DNA from: the human T2T-CHM13v2.0 reference genome, Homo sapiens
Length of the DNA stretch: 64,000 nt
Direction: 5' to 3' (one strand)
Assembly: GCF_009914755.1 (NCBI RefSeq)
Contig: NC_060943.1
Shown piece by piece: positions 1 through 33,701 of this stretch. A program made the translations under genes and the position numbers. Every line of letters starts with the position of its first letter. Position 1 is the first letter of the stretch. The notes under the pieces were generated by a model, which saw only the letters and a list, made by a program, of their open reading frames with translations, did not search any database and was not told the DNA's origin.

Positions 1-123
1 GACTATAGCTGGTTCTTGGATCATATAGAGCACAAATTTAAGGGAAAAAGGGAACTAATTCACTCCTTGTGGTGACTCTTTTCTGGAAGTCTTGGATGTA
101 CTTAACCAGAAAGACGGAACATC

Positions 124-441
124 TTTTTTTTCTTTTTTCTTTTTTCTTTTTTTTTTTTTGAGACAGAGTTTCGCTCTTGTTGCTCAGGCTAGAGTGCAAT
201 GGCGCGATCTCGGCTCACCGCAACCTCCACCTCCCGGGTTGAAGCGATTCTCCTGCCTCAGCCTCTCGAGTAGCTGGAATTACAGGCATGTGCCGCCACG
301 CCCAGCTAATTTTTTTTATTTTTTGTAGAGACAGGGTTTCTCCATGTTGGTCAGGCTGGTCTTGAACTCCCGACCTCAGATGATCCGCTTGCCTCCACCT
401 CCCAGAGTGCTGGGATTACAGGTGTGAGCCACTGCGCCTGG
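124..441 (-). mobile_element. Alu (AluS-like), antisense
   Basis: T-rich tail then gagacagagtttcgctcttgttg...gtgagccactgcgcctggc; dimeric Alu consensus. Confidence 0.95.
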
Positions 442-922
442 CGAAAGAGTAAACATACTTAAAGTTCATGTAAGATTTGGATAATCGCTCTTAATCTATA
501 TAAAATGCTGTGGGGAATTTAACCACCTTCATTTGTGGAAAGAGATGGGTTCACGGGAAGAGTGGCGAGTTCACAGAATTTTTCTAAATTGAATCTTGTT
601 CAACTTGGCTTGGGAAGAGGGCTTGATATTTAAAATAAGTGAAATAGAGGGAGAACTTTTTCACAAAACAAATGATCATCCCTCCCATTGGTCTATTCTG
701 ATGGTTTGATTTTAATTATAATATTTAAGGAGAATTGGTATTTGTGTTGCTGTGTTGACATTGTTACATCAAGCTGGGTTGTGCCTCAAGAAGTTCATGA
801 TACAAGGATTTCTGGGAAGCTTTGACTTTGCAGCCAGGGTGTGCCCCGAGCCCCTTGCACATTTTTCCCTTAGTGTCCCATTGGTCAAGTCTACCAGTAA
901 GAATAAGAACTATCAGATTTCA

Positions 923-1547
<625 letters not shown>

Positions 1548-1813
1548 AAAGTAATATAAGTATTAAAAAGGACTGAGAGGCTGATATCATATTGCCTTTT
1601 ATCACATACTCCCCTTCCAATCATGCCCTACCTAATCTCTCTACCTGCTCTACCCTCTGGCAGGACACAGGCTTGTGTCTGCATAACCTGTTGTTTCTTT
1701 GCTCTTTCCAGAGAGACAACTGCAGATGATTCCTACCGAGTCAGCCCAGGAAGAGGAAGGGGGGGCAAGGTTTTTGAGTCTAGGGAGGGGGAGTACTTTT
1801 AAGAACAGCAACA

Positions 1814-2095
1814 GACCAGGCATGGTGGCTCACACCTGTAATCCCAGCAGTGGATCACCTGAGGTTAGGAGTTCGAGACCAGCCTGGCTAACATGGTGAA
1901 ACCCCATCTCTACTAAAAATACAAAAAAATTAGCCGGGTGTGATGGTGCATGCCCGTAACCCCAGATACTTGGAAGGCTGAGGCACAAGAGTCGCTTGAA
2001 CCCAGAGGCAGAGGTTGCAGTGAGCCGAGATGGCGCCACTGCACTCCAGCTTGGGTGACAGAACAAGACTCTGTCTCAAAATAAAAACAAAACAG
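1814..2095 (+). mobile_element. Alu with internal left-arm deletion
   Basis: Alu consensus with cccagca joined directly to gtggatcacctgagg; A-rich tail. Confidence 0.9.
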
Positions 2096-3078
2096 CACCA
2101 GCAGTGTCCCTACTCTTCCAAGTCAAAGTGCTGTCTGCTTCTGCCATCTGTGCTCAGTGCAGGATGGCTTGGGTTGCACTGTCAAGAATGCAGGAAGAGG
2201 CTAGAGAAGTGCTCAGGGTGTCATCAGCATAAGGGTTGCAGTGCAAAGGGCCCTGGAGATAATTCTAGGAGGCGGTCTCTAAGGGGATATCCTTAGGTGG
2301 GGTTCCCCATTCTTGGGGGCTTTTGTTCACTGAAAGGGGAGTTCCCTTGCCCCTCCTCCCTTTTAGGTTCCCCGAAAGCCCACTGATGCTCCCTGTCAAC
2401 TATATTTGGCTTACACAGAATGCTGCCCTTTGAGCAGTCTCCAACTCTCTCGATCATCAATGAGCAAACCAGCGGGGGAGCTGAGTCACAAGCACATGAT
2501 GTGGGGCTGGAAAGCGAGGGGGCCACACTCAGAGGGGTGACCATGTAATCGTCCAGACCCCTGTACCTTTCCTCATCCCTGGGGCTAGTCCCTCAGGGCT
2601 TTCCGCACTCCTTCCTTGTCTTGAGGGACTCTGTATTTCTGTGTTGGAGGAAGGGTGTTTCCCTCTGCGTACATACATATCAGAGGGACTGATGCTTTAT
2701 GTGTCTTTTATATGGGTGTGGTGGTGTGAGGAATTGGAAAGCTCAGAAATGGAAAATAGTTAACGTTCAGAGTAGCAGATGAACACAGCTCTCACATTTG
2801 CATTTTCCCTTTCGTTCTGACTCATCTTCCCCTCTCCCCACCCTGTTGCCCCTCCACCAGCCTCACCCATTGACACACCCTGTCTGATCTAGGAAGGGTT
2901 AACATGTGCCTGCACCCATGTGGAGGGAAGGCGTGGTAGGCCTGGAAAGAGAGAGTGGGAGGCTGGTCTGAACATTCGAGGGTCCTGGAGCCAAAGGAAG
3001 AAACGGGAGCTTAGGGACAGTATTTGCATCTAGGAGGGGACAAGGACTCTTAGATCCTTCCCCCTTAAGAGAAGCCTA

Positions 3079-3411
<333 letters not shown>

Positions 3412-3480
3412 TTACCAGTACCTGACTTGTTTATCTTCCAGTCATTTACTGTGTATCTAATATACGCCAGGCACATATCA

Positions 3481-3770
<290 letters not shown>

Positions 3771-3909
3771 ACATGTCATCAAAATTTGTTGGATAAATGA
3801 AAATTTTGCTATAGGATCAGGGATAAGAGAATAATAAGAAACAGAAAAAGAAAGTTGAGCCTCTAAGACCCCATCCCTTCCCCAGATTAAAGAGTTCTGA
3901 AGTGTGAAA

Positions 3910-4090
3910 AGAGGGGAAACCTCCGGGGACCTTGACCCCTTGGGCAGGAAGTGAAAGAAACCCAAGTCCTGATTTCAGAGAAATGTCATTTGTCATCAGC
4001 CCAAGAAAAGGAGATTTTTCTCTTCGAAGACCACCACACGTCCTTCCTGGGGTTGCCCCTTTCAGAGCTTGATGGGAGGATCTGAGTCAC
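3910..4090. promoter_or_regulatory. Candidate lymphoid enhancer/promoter upstream of ZBTB32
   Basis: ETS-IRF composite GGAAGTGAAA 3947-3956, GAS TTCAGAGAA 3974-3982, AP-1 TGAGTCA 4083-4089 and a kB-like GGGGAAACCTCC 3913-3924. Confidence 0.5.
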
Positions 4091-4230
4091 TCACACACCC
4101 ACCCCCAGGTCATTCCCAGGCAGCAAATGAGGCTTCCCAGTACCAAGTCAGGGAGAGGGAGGAGGCCAGCTTCTGGCTCCTCCACCCTATTCTTGGGATC
4201 CAAATGTTTCAATCCTTTTTACTTCTGCAG

Positions 4231-4347
4231 CTGTGTGCTCTGCCGTCATCTCTAAGAAACAACCATACCACTGAATGCTACTGTGTACTTACAAACCACA
4301 CTCATATTCGTCACGTCATTTCATCTTCACCCCCACCTCCAAATGAG
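4231..4347 (+). other. ZBTB32: Probable non-coding 5' exon of ZBTB32
   Basis: Strong acceptor (ccttttt acttctgcag|) at 4230 and donor GAG|gtaagc at 4347; next acceptor ccacag| at 5836 precedes the ATG at 5941. Confidence 0.7.
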
Positions 4348-4485
4348 GTAAGCAGATATTATGCCTATTTCATGAATGAGGTTACTGAGGCCCAGAGAAG
4401 TGACTTGCCCAAGGTGACTCAAATAGTAAATGGCAGAGATGAAACTCAAAGGCAGGGCTGATTATTCCAAGGTCCTTGCTGCCAC
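4315..4485 (-). mobile_element. MIR (ancient SINE)
   Basis: atgaggtaag...atgcctatttcatgaatgaggttactgaggcccagagaagtgacttgcccaaggt matches the reverse-strand MIR core. Confidence 0.8.
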
Positions 4486-5940
4486 AGATACACTTCTTTG
4501 ACTCTAGGAGTTCACAAACGAAGTGAGGAGACAGGAGGCTAGGGGCAGAATGTGTGCATTCTGGAGGTAGAGGGGGTGGTCTCTCCTGCAGGCAGAAGGC
4601 AGAGGCAGGGTTAGAAAACCACACCCCTTCGGGGGGACTGTGGCAGACTGATACTTGGGACATCCAATGGAGGCCTGTGAGGTCAGGGGCGGGGCTAGCT
4701 CCAGGGGGGGCCCCAGGAGCCCCAACAGTAGTTCAGAGCATGCGGTGTCCTGGAAGAAGCTACAAGCGGTGAGTGATAGCCTCTCTCCAGCTGAGGCCTT
4801 CTTCCCATCACAACTCTTTCTGTCTCCTCCCTGCCAACTTAGAGCCCTCTCCCTGAGGTGTCCAAGTGCAGCCCTCCCTGCCCCAAGGGCCCTTGCTCAC
4901 AGGGAACCTGCACCTAGGACTCTGCCTGCTGGGTGCTAAGACACTGAGGTTCTGGTTCTCTTCGTATCTGGGTTCCCAGCTCTCTTCTTAAAAGCCAATG
5001 TGGTGGTTTTGATGTGTGAGAAACTCCTGCCTGGTTGGGTGCTGTCTTTCTATTCTTCACTTTTTGTCTTATGAAAAACAAATTAAACCATCTCCTTACC
5101 CGAATCTTGAGAGGAAACAGCCTCCCTGTCTCCAGTCCCCACGTCCTTTCCTCCCATCTCCTCAGGAGTCCATTCTCCAAAAGGTCTCTCCATCATTGGG
5201 TCAGGAGCCTCCTCTCCTGTGGCTTCTGCACCTGCTCTCCTCCTTCTCTGGATGGGAATGTCTGGTTCCTTCCCTGAGGATGTGTTCTAGAAGCTTCAGC
5301 TTCACAGTGATGACTGCCGGATGCCTTAGCGCCTGCGCTCCTGCAGCCAGGATCCCTATCATGCTGCCCTCTCTGCCTTTCAGGAGCGATGGGCTTTTGG
5401 GGGAGGACCCACTAGCTTTCTAAGCTCTCCCGTGAAACTGTGTCATGCTCCATCCCTTAGTGCCGGCGTTGACTGGGTTTTGTGGTGATCCTTGTCTGGA
5501 ATGAAGAAAGCCTGGCTTGCGCAGAGGTGTTTCCCTGCAGAGGGGCTTGGAGAAGCAGAAGTGGCAGTATCTGCTATCTTTTACGTCAGAGACTGCCAAC
5601 TGGCAGACTTCCCGCACGCCTGTCTTAAACCCACTACTAGATATTTCTGTTAACTGACTGGCCCTTGCTCTTTAAGTCCTGAATTTGGTCTGATTTCCAT
5701 TCTCTCGCCACCATGCCTACCTGCTATGATTCTGGATAAGCTCCAATCCTCTCTTGGGTTACTTTATTTGCTCACTCAGGACAGAGGGCTCTGATCTAGG
5801 ACCAGCAACTCACACCCTCTCCCCTCACATCCACAGGCTTGAAATGAGATGAGATGTTCCTCCCTCCCCTTTCAACCATGGACCTCACACTGTGGACTTC
5901 CTCTTAGAGCCTCTGAGTTAGGTACCCAAGCCAAGGCACA

Positions 5941-8066
5941 ATGTCCCTGCCCCCCATAAGACTGCCCAGCCCCTATGGCTCTGATCGGCTGGTACAGCTA
6001 GCAGCCAGGCTCCGGCCAGCACTCTGTGATACTCTGATCACCGTAGGGAGCCAGGAGTTCCCCGCCCACAGCCTGGTGCTAGCAGGTGTCAGCCAGCAGC
6101 TGGGCCGCAGGGGCCAGTGGGCTCTGGGAGAAGGCATCAGCCCTTCTACCTTTGCCCAGCTCCTGAACTTTGTGTATGGGGAGAGTGTAGAGCTGCAGCC
6201 TGGAGAGCTAAGGCCCCTTCAGGAGGCGGCCAGGGCCTTGGGAGTGCAGTCCCTGGAAGAGGCATGCTGGAGGGCTCGAGGGGACAGGGCTAAAAAGCCA
6301 GATCCAGGCCTGAAGAAACATCAGGAGGAGCCAGAGAAACCCTCAAGGAATCCTGAGAGAGAACTGGGGGACCCTGGAGAGAAGCAGAAACCAGAACAGG
6401 TTTCTAGAACTGGTGGGAGAGAACAGGAGATGTTGCACAAGCACTCGCCACCAAGAGGCAGACCCGAGATGGCAGGAGCAACGCAGGAGGCTCAGCAGGA
6501 ACAGACCAGGTCAAAGGAGAAACGCCTCCAAGCCCCTGTTGGCCAAAGGGGAGCAGATGGGAAGCATGGAGTGCTCACGTGGTTGAGGGAAAATCCAGGG
6601 GGCTCTGAGGAAAGTCTGCGCAAGCTCCCTGGCCCCCTTCCCCCAGCAGGCTCCCTGCAAACCAGCGTCACCCCTAGGCCCTCGTGGGCTGAGGCCCCTT
6701 GGTTGGTGGGGGGCCAGCCTGCCCTGTGGAGCATCCTGCTGATGCCGCCCAGATATGGCATTCCCTTCTACCATAGCACCCCCACCACTGGAGCCTGGCA
6801 GGAGGTCTGGCGGGAACAGAGGTGAGTGGCGGGGTCTAGTGCTCTGCCTCCAGGCTGGGAGGGCATGGCCCAGGAGGGGCAGCCCTGCTGGGTGGAAGGG
6901 CACTGCATCTCTACTGCACAGTTCCTGAGCTGGGGAAGAGACAAGAAGCTGCTGCCACAGGGCACGCCAAAGCCCAGCCCCCGGGGGAGGACTTGGGATA
7001 CCCCCTCTTCACGAAGGGGCCAGGCTCCCAGGTTTAGCCAAGGCTGTAACTCTTCCCCACCCCATCCCAGGATCCCACTGTCCCTAAATGCCCCCAAAGG
7101 GCTCTGGAGCCAGAACCAGTTGGCCTCCTCCAGCCCTACCCCAGGTAAGCCCCTCGCTGTCCTGCATACACCTGTAACATGGTGTCTTCTCTGGGCTGGG
7201 GCTCGAGGAGTCCAGCCTGAGCAGGGCCCCTACCTCCCACTGTTCCTTCCAGGTTCCCTCCCCCAGGGCCCCGCACAGCTCAGCCCTGGGGAGATGGAAG
7301 AGTCTGATCAGGGGCACACAGGTGAGTCGGGCGGGGGCACTCGTGCCTCAGCCCCACTGTAGCCCTTGATTTCCTGCCTGAATGGTACAGTGAGTTGACG
7401 CTGGGATTCCTGGCCCTGCCCTCCTTTGCCTTCTCTGTCCCCACAGGCGCACTTGCAACCTGTGCGGGTCATGAGGACAAGGCAGGCTGCCCACCTCGCC
7501 CGCACCCTCCCCCGGCCCCTCCTGCTCGGTCTCGGCCCTATGCGTGCTCTGTCTGTGGAAAGAGGTTTTCACTCAAGCATCAGATGGAGACGCACTACCG
7601 AGTCCACACAGGTATGGGCGCCCTGCCCTGTGTGAACTGTCGGCTTTCTTCCCAACTCCGCTCCTGAGTCTCCACCTGTGTGCCCGGTTCCCGCGCAATC
7701 CCCTAGCCCCGTGGCCCGATCCACCCCTAACTTGGCCAGCTTTCGCCGCCTTCTTCCTTCCTTCACCGGCCTCCCCTTCCGACCGCTCTAGGAGAGAAGC
7801 CCTTCTCCTGTAGCCTTTGTCCTCAGCGCTCCCGGGACTTCTCGGCCATGACCAAGCACCTGCGGACACACGGGGCCGCTCCGTACCGCTGCTCCCTGTG
7901 CGGGGCCGGCTGTCCCAGCCTGGCCTCCATGCAGGCGCACATGCGCGGTCACTCGCCCAGCCAACTCCCGCCCGGATGGACCATCCGCTCCACCTTCCTC
8001 TACTCCTCCTCGAGGCCGTCTCGGCCCTCGACCTCTCCCTGTTGTCCTTCTTCCTCCACCACCTGA
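5941..8066 (+). CDS. ZBTB32: BTB/POZ + 3 C2H2 zinc-finger repressor (FAZF/ROG/PLZP/TZFP), 487 aa
   Basis: join(5941-6821,7071-7144,7253-7321,7447-7611,7792-8066)=1464 nt, all GT-AG. BTB motif [20 protein letters not shown]; fingers [31 protein letters not shown]. Confidence 0.97.
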
Positions 8067-8099
8067 CGGGGTGTCGGTAGCGTCTTAGCCAAGAGTCCA

Positions 8100-8105
8100 A
8101 TTAAA
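8100..8105 (+). terminator. ZBTB32 polyA signal (ATTAAA); second AATAAA at 8324-8329
   Basis: Hexamer starts 34 nt after the TGA. Confidence 0.65.
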
Positions 8106-9332
8106 GAACGAAAAGCGGGCCGGCTCGGCTTCTGACCTGGCACCGCTGCTACGGCGGCCTAGCAAATTCCGCCCCAGAAGCGCCCCAGGAAGGGCGCCGA
8201 GTGCCCTCTCCTGGACGATCGCGGGTCGCAGAAGCCCAGGCCAGCGAGCCCTACAGAGTGAGGACACTGAAGTGTGCAGGAGCGAAGGTTAACAGTAGGG
8301 GAGATTGTCGATCTCATCACCATAATAAAGAGTTTCCTGTGCCCTCCCTTCAGGACTAGAAAGCCGAGTTTAGTCTGTGCACACCCCCGCCCACGCCCCT
8401 TGTCCTGTAGCGGCCCCTGGTGGCCCTGCGTCCGCTGTCCAGCGGGATGGACACTTTCTTCCACCCCCGAGGCGCCCCGTCCTCCCCAGGAGGCAGCCGG
8501 CCCCGAGGACTCGGTGTCCGGGCACACCTTGCGGCATGCCGGTCCTGGACTGGTGGGGGCTGTGCGACCGCAAGTCACTCGCCCCTTCCACTGCAATCCA
8601 CGGCGCGCGGAGTCTGATCTGGGAACGCTCGGCCCGGGAGAGAGAGGAACGCGTGCTCCGACCCTGCTTTCGGCCACCCGCCTCCTCTCCGGGAGCACAC
8701 GGACCCCGAGACCGCGGCCTCTCCGGCGTCTTCCCTCCACACCGTGCCAAGCCGCCGCCAGGTCGCGCCTGGAACGGAGACTGACTATGCTTTCCACCGC
8801 TCCTTCTCCAGCCCACGCCTCCTGCAGCCGCGAACTGCATTTCCCAGGGCCTCGGGGGTCCTGGGGCCCGAGCCCGCGGCACCCTGGGAGTGGTAGTCCA
8901 CGCGGGCCGCCGGCCTAGCCAAGAACAATGGGAGGAGCCTGGGGCTAGGACCACACCTCCCGGAGACCCGGCAACCCGCTTTCCGGGTCCTGGCCGGGAA
9001 CCCCGCCGTCCCGGCCCTCGCGCCCTGGCTGCCGGCGGAAGAAGCGAGGCGTCCGGACTACATTTCCCGGAGGCCCCCGCGGTTCGCCCCTCTGCGGCCG
9101 CGACGCGGGGTCTGTGCTCCCCAGGTGCGGTCCGAGGGCGCCGGCCGGCCGCGGACTCCCTCTCCCGTGGTGCCCTGCGCGTGGCCGGCCCGGCCCCCGG
9201 TCTCCCGCGGCGGCGCTGGTTGTTGTCGTGCGCCGCGGCCGCCCCGCCCCGCCCCCGCTCTCTCCCCTCCCCCCGGCCCTGCGCACGGGCCGCCCCTCCC
9301 CCCGCCTCCCCGGCCCCTCTCACGGTGCCAAG

Positions 9333-29871
<20,539 letters not shown>

Positions 29872-30169
29872 GGCCGTGGCTGCCCACCACGACCCCTCAC
29901 ACCTCCTGCTGCCGTCGCTGCCATCTTGCCCCTAGCCTGGGGGCTCCCTAGCCCCTCCCAGAGCATCTCACCCCCACCCTCATGTTCAGGGTGGATGTGG
30001 GCATGCAGGTGACAAGGGCCCTGCCTCCACCCCTCCAGCCCATCCAGCAATCGCCCCCTTTCTGCCCTGGGGGCCCAGGATGTAGATATTGTACAAAGGT
30101 TTCTAAATCCCTTCTTTTCTATGCACTTTTTTATTTAAGAGGTGGGGTCCCAGGTGGGAACCCCCCCAC

Positions 30170-30175
30170 AATAAA
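30170..30175 (+). terminator. KMT2B polyA signal AATAAA
   Basis: About 300 nt after the stop, followed by GT-rich sequence. Confidence 0.85.
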
Positions 30176-30593
30176 GTCTGTCAATGTTTGGAGAGGTGGT
30201 CTTCCCATTTGTAGGCTGTGGGGGCAGGTAGGAACCCCACTTCTACACACCCACCCATCATGACCCAAGGAAGTTCATCAGCCTCAACAGGTAGGTGAGG
30301 CCATCATTCAGAATTAGAAGTCAGTCATGGGGTCTGTTACGGCTTCAGAACAACACAACACAGCAACTGTCTGTAGCAGGGTTGTTTCCCAGAGGGGATT
30401 CTGGTGGCCCAGAGGCACCTGGGGTCAGCCCTCCCACATGTGGCCCTGTGTGTATGTTGGAATAGGCCCTTCTAGGGCGAAGAGCAGTGAGGCTATCTGT
30501 TGGGTCTTTGCCCAATTAGGATTGTACTTCAAGAAGTACTTCAGTGCTAATTGTATACTGGGCTTAGTAGTCAGCAAAGTTCTTTACTGGGTG

Positions 30594-32494
30594 TTAAGCC
30601 CAGCAAACCCCAGATGAGCCAAGCTTGGACAGCACCCGCAATGCATCTGCCCGCCCTAGCTGGGCGAGGTGTGTGCCAAGCTGGCCCAGGGAGGCAGAGG
30701 GCTCCCTTGCCACCACCATCTCAATCAGAGCCCGCAGCGGCGAGCGACTCGGCCTCAGCGAATAGGCAAAGGTGGACCAGGCAGCAGGCAGCCCATATCT
30801 TGCGGCCAGGTGTCGAGTAGTGCCATGGGCCATACCCCCACCTGGCCCAGGCTCAGGGTCCAGCAGTACAATCAGCTCTTCCAGCACCTCCAGCTCATCC
30901 AGGAGGCGAGACAGGGGTTGTGACGCCAGACTGGACAGTTCTGGAAGAAAGGGGAAGGGTAAAGGTGCGGAAGAGCGGGCGTCCAGTCCACCTTCCCTGC
31001 CCCGGGGCTCCTCCAGGACTAACCCCTGCTCAGGAGTGGAAGTAGTGAGGCCTCCTTCCATGTGTCCCCTGTCTCCAGGGCGCCTGGGGAGGACAGATGC
31101 GAGGAGGAAGGGGTGTGGGTGTTGGGGACTCCGCAGACCAAGCCAGGATAGGGATAGGGGTCGGCTTTCTCCTTGGGCCAGCAGAGATGCCAGAGCAGAA
31201 TAAACAGGAGGATCGCTATCACCGCCAAGGTCAGGAGCAGGACCAGCACCACGAGCGGAAGGAAATTCGGCCAGGCCTGCTGAGGGACAGGCTCAGGGGT
31301 CCTCCAGGCAATGGAACTTGCTGGTGAGCTGCGCTCCTGGGAGCTAGGGGCGCCTGGGTTTCCAGGTGTGAGGGGGCAGTGCCCCTTGGCAGGGACCGGC
31401 CTCTGGGGATAAGGGGTTGGAGTAAAGCTGGAGGCCACACTCCACTCCTGCCCGCTCCCAAACCTCCCAACTTTATATCCTTTAATGGGGCCACATCCCA
31501 TCTGATACGGTATCTGATAAGGTAGTTGGGCCCCGCAAGGCCCAACTACCTTAACCTAGGACCTCCCGACCCCTGCAGGCCAGCCACCTCCTGAAACCAC
31601 GGCCCCACCCCTTACGTGGGGCTACGCCGGCTCCCTACATCTAGGCCCCCCACCTCCAGCACGCCCTTGCCCTGCCGGGAGTCCCATCTGCACCTCTCTG
31701 CAGCGCCACGGGGTTCTGCCCCCGCCCGCGGCGGGAGTAGGGGTCACGGCTCCGCCGCCGCAGGGGCTACATAGCTCCGCGCCGTCGGGGTTGCACTGCC
31801 CAGAAGAACACTTTCGGAACGGGGGCGTTACGAAATCGCCGTGGTCATTGAGTCCGCAGTTTTCCCGGAACTCATAGTCTAGCGGGAAAGCTGCGCTCCA
31901 GTGCGGCCGCCTAGCCCGCCCCTGCGCGGGCAACGCCCTCTCCCTTCGCCCTATCCCAGCGTGCCCCGCCCCTCCAGGACGCTTCCAGCCTATTAGCGTG
32001 CGCCCCGGTCTTGTCACTTTTCTCCGGGCTCGCCTTTTCACCCCCCTCCAGCCTGCTCTGCACGAAGCTCCGCCCACTCCCGGCTTCTCTACATAAAGCC
32101 CACCCTTTCCACGCGGCCCCTATCCCGCCTCTCCAGCCATATCCATTCGCTGTTGCCCTACGGTAGCCCGCACTATCTGCACAGGCTCTGCCTGCCATCC
32201 CTGTCTGATCTGCATAAGGCCCACCGCTTAGACCCCTAAGCAAGCCTCTCTGGCCCGTAGCCCACAGACCTCGCCCCTTCCCCGCTCCCTATCACCTGCA
32301 AGCTCCGCCCAAGCAAGGCTCGGTCTCGGATTCTCACCCGGGCAGGGGGGCGGCCCGAAGCGTTGCAGGCAGCTGCTGCAGCACTTGTTGTCTGGGTTCC
32401 AGTATTCAAGGCGGCCGCAGTACTGGGAGGCTTCCGGCGGTGGCGCCAGGGCCAGAAGCAACAAGGCCGTCAGGAGGCATCGTCCAGGCCCCAT
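30594..32494 (-). CDS. IGFLR1: IGF-like family receptor 1 (TMEM149), TNFR-like type I membrane protein, 355 aa
   Basis: complement join(32338-32494,31694-31878,31024-31402,30594-30940)=1068 nt. Signal peptide MGPGRCLLTALLLLALA, Cys-rich ectodomain, TM segment LVVLVLLLTLAVIAILLFILL. Confidence 0.96.
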
Positions 32495-32710
32495 CTGGGG
32501 GGCCGTGATAGCGGGACTTCCAAACACAGCGCCTCTGCTACACTTTCCGGGGAAATCGGGCAGAAGAAAGGACGCGGTGATGTGGGGGAACAGAATTCTC
32601 ACGCCTCTTCGGAAGCCGGGAATCTACCCCCGAGCCCTCATCCCCCAACTGAGCCGGTTATCAGAGAAGCCCACAAGGCCACTAGGGGACTAACAGGGCT
32701 GCGGATCTAG
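31600..32710. promoter_or_regulatory. Intragenic CpG island over the first IGFLR1 coding exons
   Basis: Dense CpG, GC boxes and TTCCGG ETS motifs. Confidence 0.7.
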
Positions 32711-32849
32711 ATTGCAAGAATGCATATCCCACCTCTGCCGTGTCCTCACCCACCCACCCTCCCTTTTCCATCCCTAAAATAAGACAATGATAGCACCTGT
32801 CTCATAGGGTTATTGTGGAGAATTAGAACCGTTATTAGAAGTAAAGCAG

Positions 32850-33480
<631 letters not shown>

Positions 33481-33701
33481 TTAAGTGTAAGGCATTACTA
33501 ACTCCCATCACAATTCGGCAGGCACGGAGGAGTCAGCCCCATACTGGCTGGAGACCACCTCCCAGCACCTCACCTCACCTTTGAATCCTAATCTCCTTGG
33601 GGCTAGGGCTCCTCCCACCTGCCACAACCAGGTCTCTCCCCCTTGAATAAGCCTCAGATGGAGGTGCTAAGGTTTTCAGCACAAAGGTGTCCCCACCCTA
33701 C

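Noticed and set aside
9114-9332. In-frame GTG-initiated N-terminal extension of KMT2B
   Set aside because: Lies across GC boxes that are probably upstream of the TSS; an open frame is expected by chance at this GC content.
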